64,000 nucleotides of DNA from positions 15,300,418 to 15,364,417 of the forward strand of contig CAVNZM010000001.1 of the NCBI GenBank assembly GCA_963693365.1, given 5' to 3'. Numbering within the stretch: the stretch's first letter is position 1; every line of letters starts with the position of its first letter. The translations under genes were made by a program, and so were the position numbers. The notes beneath the pieces are model-generated. The model made no database searches. It was not told the DNA's origin and worked only from the letters and a program-made list of their open reading frames with translations. This DNA comes from Amoebidium appalachense. Lineage: Eukaryota; Protista; Ichthyosporea. Positions 61,301-64,000 of this stretch are shown here, one piece after another.

Positions 61301-64000
61301 CCCTGTGCCATCATAATTGCTTCCTTCTGATAGCCGGCACCACCGAGTGCAGAAAGGGAGGGCAGGCCGGCTTGACTGAGTGCAGAAATTTGTGCACATT
61401 TCAAGCGGTCTGGATCGAAAATGTGTGTGAATTCGAGTGCATCGCCCCAATCAACAAACACTTCGGCTGGTTGCGAGCTAAGCTCGGATAAATCTGCTGT
61501 GAGAACCTCTTGTAATTCCTTTTTCACATCCCACCTTTCCAGTGTTATGTTTTCGTTCTCATGCAGAATATATCCTATACGGCTTAACCCATCAGCATCG
61601 TGCATGGTAGGGCCAGGACGGTAGTATAGATCGAAATCATACTCCTGCATTTCCAAAGCCCACCGTTGCATCCGTTCGTTTGCTATCCGTTTGACACCTT
61701 TAAGAGAAAGACAGGGCTTATGGTCACTTTCCACAATTGTATTTACTCGACCATACACGTACACCCTAAACTCTTTCAGTGCCCAATAGATTGCATGCGT
61801 TTCTCGTTCGATGTTGCTCCACCTACGTTCGGTAGGTTGAAACATCCGGGAGGCATATGCCACCGTGCGGAACTTCCCATCATTTTGTTTTTGATACAGG
61901 CAAGCCCCTTCCGAGAACCGACTAGCATCACAACGAATAAGAAACTGACCCCCCGTGGGGGAAAGATCGGGCAGGGCAAGCACTTCCTCCGATAACGCCG
62001 ATTTTAAATCTTTAAACGAGCGATCTAATTCGTCCGTCCATTTTAACCGTCGGTGTTTTTCTCCGTAACACTCGGCATTCATGGGTCGGGCTCGCTCTGC
62101 ATAATTTAAAATGTGGCGGCGGAGATAGGAAGTAATACCCAGAAAACCCCGGAGTTGGTGTAGTGTGTTTGGTACCGGCCAATCTTTTACTGCCTGAACC
62201 TTTTTCGGGTCGGGCCGAATGCCATTCACACCTACAATCCAACCCAAAAACGGTATTTCCGTTAGCCCAATGTATGTCTTTGCCCCATCGAGCTTAACAC
62301 CATATTCACCAAGACGGGTGAAAAGTCGGTCAAGCTTCTGTATTAATTCTTGTTCGGTGTGTGCACCCACAGCTAAATCATCGGCATATATCACCACGTC
62401 ATCGGCCAGAGGGGCCAAAATCTGTGTCATGATAGATGCTAGCTGGGACGGGGAAGTACTGAGCCCCTGTGGTGCCACACAATAACGATACTGCACACCA
62501 GCCACAGAAAATCCTGTTTTTTCACGTGACTCAGCGTCTAGCAGTATTTGGTAAAAGGCACCCGACATATCAGCTTTACAGAAATACTTATACCCAGCCA
62601 ACTTCTCTATTTGTTGTTGCAAGTTGGGCATGGGCCAGGCAGATTTTCGAATTTGCTTGTTAAGAGCACGAAAATCAGTCAGCAGACGGTATTTTCCGTT
62701 TGGTTTTCGTATTACGAAGGTGGGTGAATTATACTGACTGTGTGCTTGTTCCATCTGCCCTCTACGACACATATCCTCCACGATCTCCTTTGCAGCCTGC
62801 TCTTTCACTTGTTCCAACCTCCACTGTTTTAATCGAATCGGTGGGTTATCTCCCGTGTCTATGTGCATGGTGAATCCTTTAATCTGAGGAAATTCGTCGG
62901 GGTCCGTAGTGATGAAGCAACGAGAGTGTGCTTCTAATAGTTTCTTGACATCCGGAAGCATACTCTGAGGCACCCTATTCCAATCAAAACCGTGGGGAGC
63001 CTGGCCGGCATCGTGTGCACCCCCACCCGAAATTTCCGAAATTTTTCGCGGGGGGGGTTTTTCATGATCAACGGCACACATTGATTGGTCGATCGGTGAG
63101 TGTATCGGACCGCCTCGTGTCCCACTCACATGCCCTTCGTGCCCACACATGTTATCGGTAGGCACCCGGCCCGGTGGCACGGCCGGAGGTGAATTGGGTA
63201 GGCAACCTTCTCCACCCCCCGTTGCCCACCTGATGCACTGCGCTATTGCACCAACGACGGTTTGTGTACGACTGGGGTGGGGTTCGGCTTGCAAAACACT
63301 CAGTTCGTGTATGTACTCATGTCGGCTCGTAGGAACGAAATGACCGATGGTACCGAACACGTTCAAATCCGGACCCACACCATTTTCGCACACAACAGCA
63401 ATAGATTTATCCACACTAAGTTCACAGATGGTGGGGGGGAACTTATCTCGAAATTCACGAGTAGGCTCGAAGATACCGAGGGTGCCAGCAGCAGCAGCAG
63501 CAGCAGTCACCTGCACCGTTGCACGTAATACACATCCAAAGCCAGATTTGACGGTGGTGTCGTGCTTGACGGTAACAGGACACATTGTGTAGGGGGTGTG
63601 CAAAGATGACGTCGGCACCACCATCCCCGACACCAGTGTTAGTGAGTGTGCTTGATGATTAGTGGTGGCAATGTGTTTGTTGGCAAAATCGTTCCCAATA
63701 ATCATGTCATGCTTAATATTTTTAATTACTAAGCAAGGCCACATGAATGTTTGAGAACCGAGGCATAACGGGAGCATCACTTCACCACTCACAGCTAGAG
63801 CTTTATCGTTTTTTCTTACAGAAGTAACAATAACATCCGAGGGTTGCAAAGTAAACTCCTGCATGTGTCGGGAAAAAACAGCTTCACTAACCACCGTGAA
63901 TGATGCCCCAGTGTCAAACAATGCAAAGTATTTTTCATTACTCAACGTAACATTAACATAGATACGTCTTCCTGCATTGCATATGGCACTTATATCGAAC
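61276..64000 (-). CDS. pol: Pol PR-RT-RH (unit 2, truncated by the window edge)
   Basis: Translation matches unit 1 (DTGAS, YADD). Confidence 0.95.
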   Translation of the reverse strand, partial: FDISAICNAGRRIYVNVTLSNEKYFALFDTGASFTVVSEAVFSRHMQEFTLQPSDVIVTSVRKNDKALAVSGEVMLPLCLGSQTFMWPCLVIKNIKHDMIIGNDFANKHIATTNHQAHSLTLVSGMVVPTSSLHTPYTMCPVTVKHDTTVKSGFGCVLRATVQVTAAAAAAGTLGIFEPTREFRDKFPPTICELSVDKSIAVVCENGVGPDLNVFGTIGHFVPTSRHEYIHELSVLQAEPHPSRTQTVVGAIAQCIRWATGGGEGCLPNSPPAVPPGRVPTDNMCGHEGHVSGTRGGPIHSPIDQSMCAVDHEKPPPRKISEISGGGAHDAGQAPHGFDWNRVPQSMLPDVKKLLEAHSRCFITTDPDEFPQIKGFTMHIDTGDNPPIRLKQWRLEQVKEQAAKEIVEDMCRRGQMEQAHSQYNSPTFVIRKPNGKYRLLTDFRALNKQIRKSAWPMPNLQQQIEKLAGYKYFCKADMSGAFYQILLDAESREKTGFSVAGVQYRYCVAPQGLSTSPSQLASIMTQILAPLADDVVIYADDLAVGAHTEQELIQKLDRLFTRLGEYGVKLDGAKTYIGLTEIPFLGWIVGVNGIRPDPKKVQAVKDWPVPNTLHQLRGFLGITSYLRRHILNYAERARPMNAECYGEKHRRLKWTDELDRSFKDLKSALSEEVLALPDLSPTGGQFLIRCDASRFSEGACLYQKQNDGKFRTVAYASRMFQPTERRWSNIERETHAIYWALKEFRVYVYGRVNTIVESDHKPCLSLKGVKRIANERMQRWALEMQEYDFDLYYRPGPTMHDADGLSRIGYILHENENITLERWDVKKELQEVLTADLSELSSQPAEVFVDWGDALEFTHIFDPDRLKCAQISALSQAGLPSLSALGGAGYQKEAIMMAQGGTKCVRI

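Larger units (their letters stand above)
51969..64000 (-). mobile_element. Ty3/gypsy chromovirus-type LTR retrotransposon, tandem array (LTR-internal-LTR-internal...)
   Basis: The sequence repeats with a period of about 7110 bp; two LTR copies; gag, PR-RT-RH and IN-chromodomain coding regions; the second internal copy runs off the window. Confidence 0.96.

Overview
Eukaryotic genomic DNA, very rich in microsatellites and homopolymers ((C)n/(G)n, (CA)n, (CT)n), so most of the supplied ORF track is repeat noise. The gene content and a TGA=Trp mitochondrial insert suggest a unicellular opisthokont, possibly a holozoan (inference only). Splicing by hand at GT-AG sites recovers five multi-exon genes: the 3' part of a WD40 gene resembling PALB2 (1367-7146 +), RPS19 (11088-14198 +), a POGLUT1/Rumi-like GT90 glycosyltransferase (17166-26593 +), a C2H2 zinc-finger gene (29633-31206 +) and a CLC-6/7-like chloride transporter (44831-51560 -). 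The window also holds an intronless 1066-aa mucin-stalked membrane protein, a mitochondrial insert (tRNA-Ala plus nad1 pieces), decayed LINE fragments and a MITE-like element. From 51969 to the window end lies a tandem, shared-LTR Ty3/gypsy element with a chromodomain integrase. This element has three unusual features: a primer-binding site complementary to the 5' end (nt 1-16) of a tRNA-Ala rather than a 3' CCA end; gag and pol in frame, separated by one UAG followed by stem-loops; and a Gag with a predicted transmembrane segment overlapped by a second long ORF. A separate family of short 5'-truncated elements is always embedded in poly(C) tracts.
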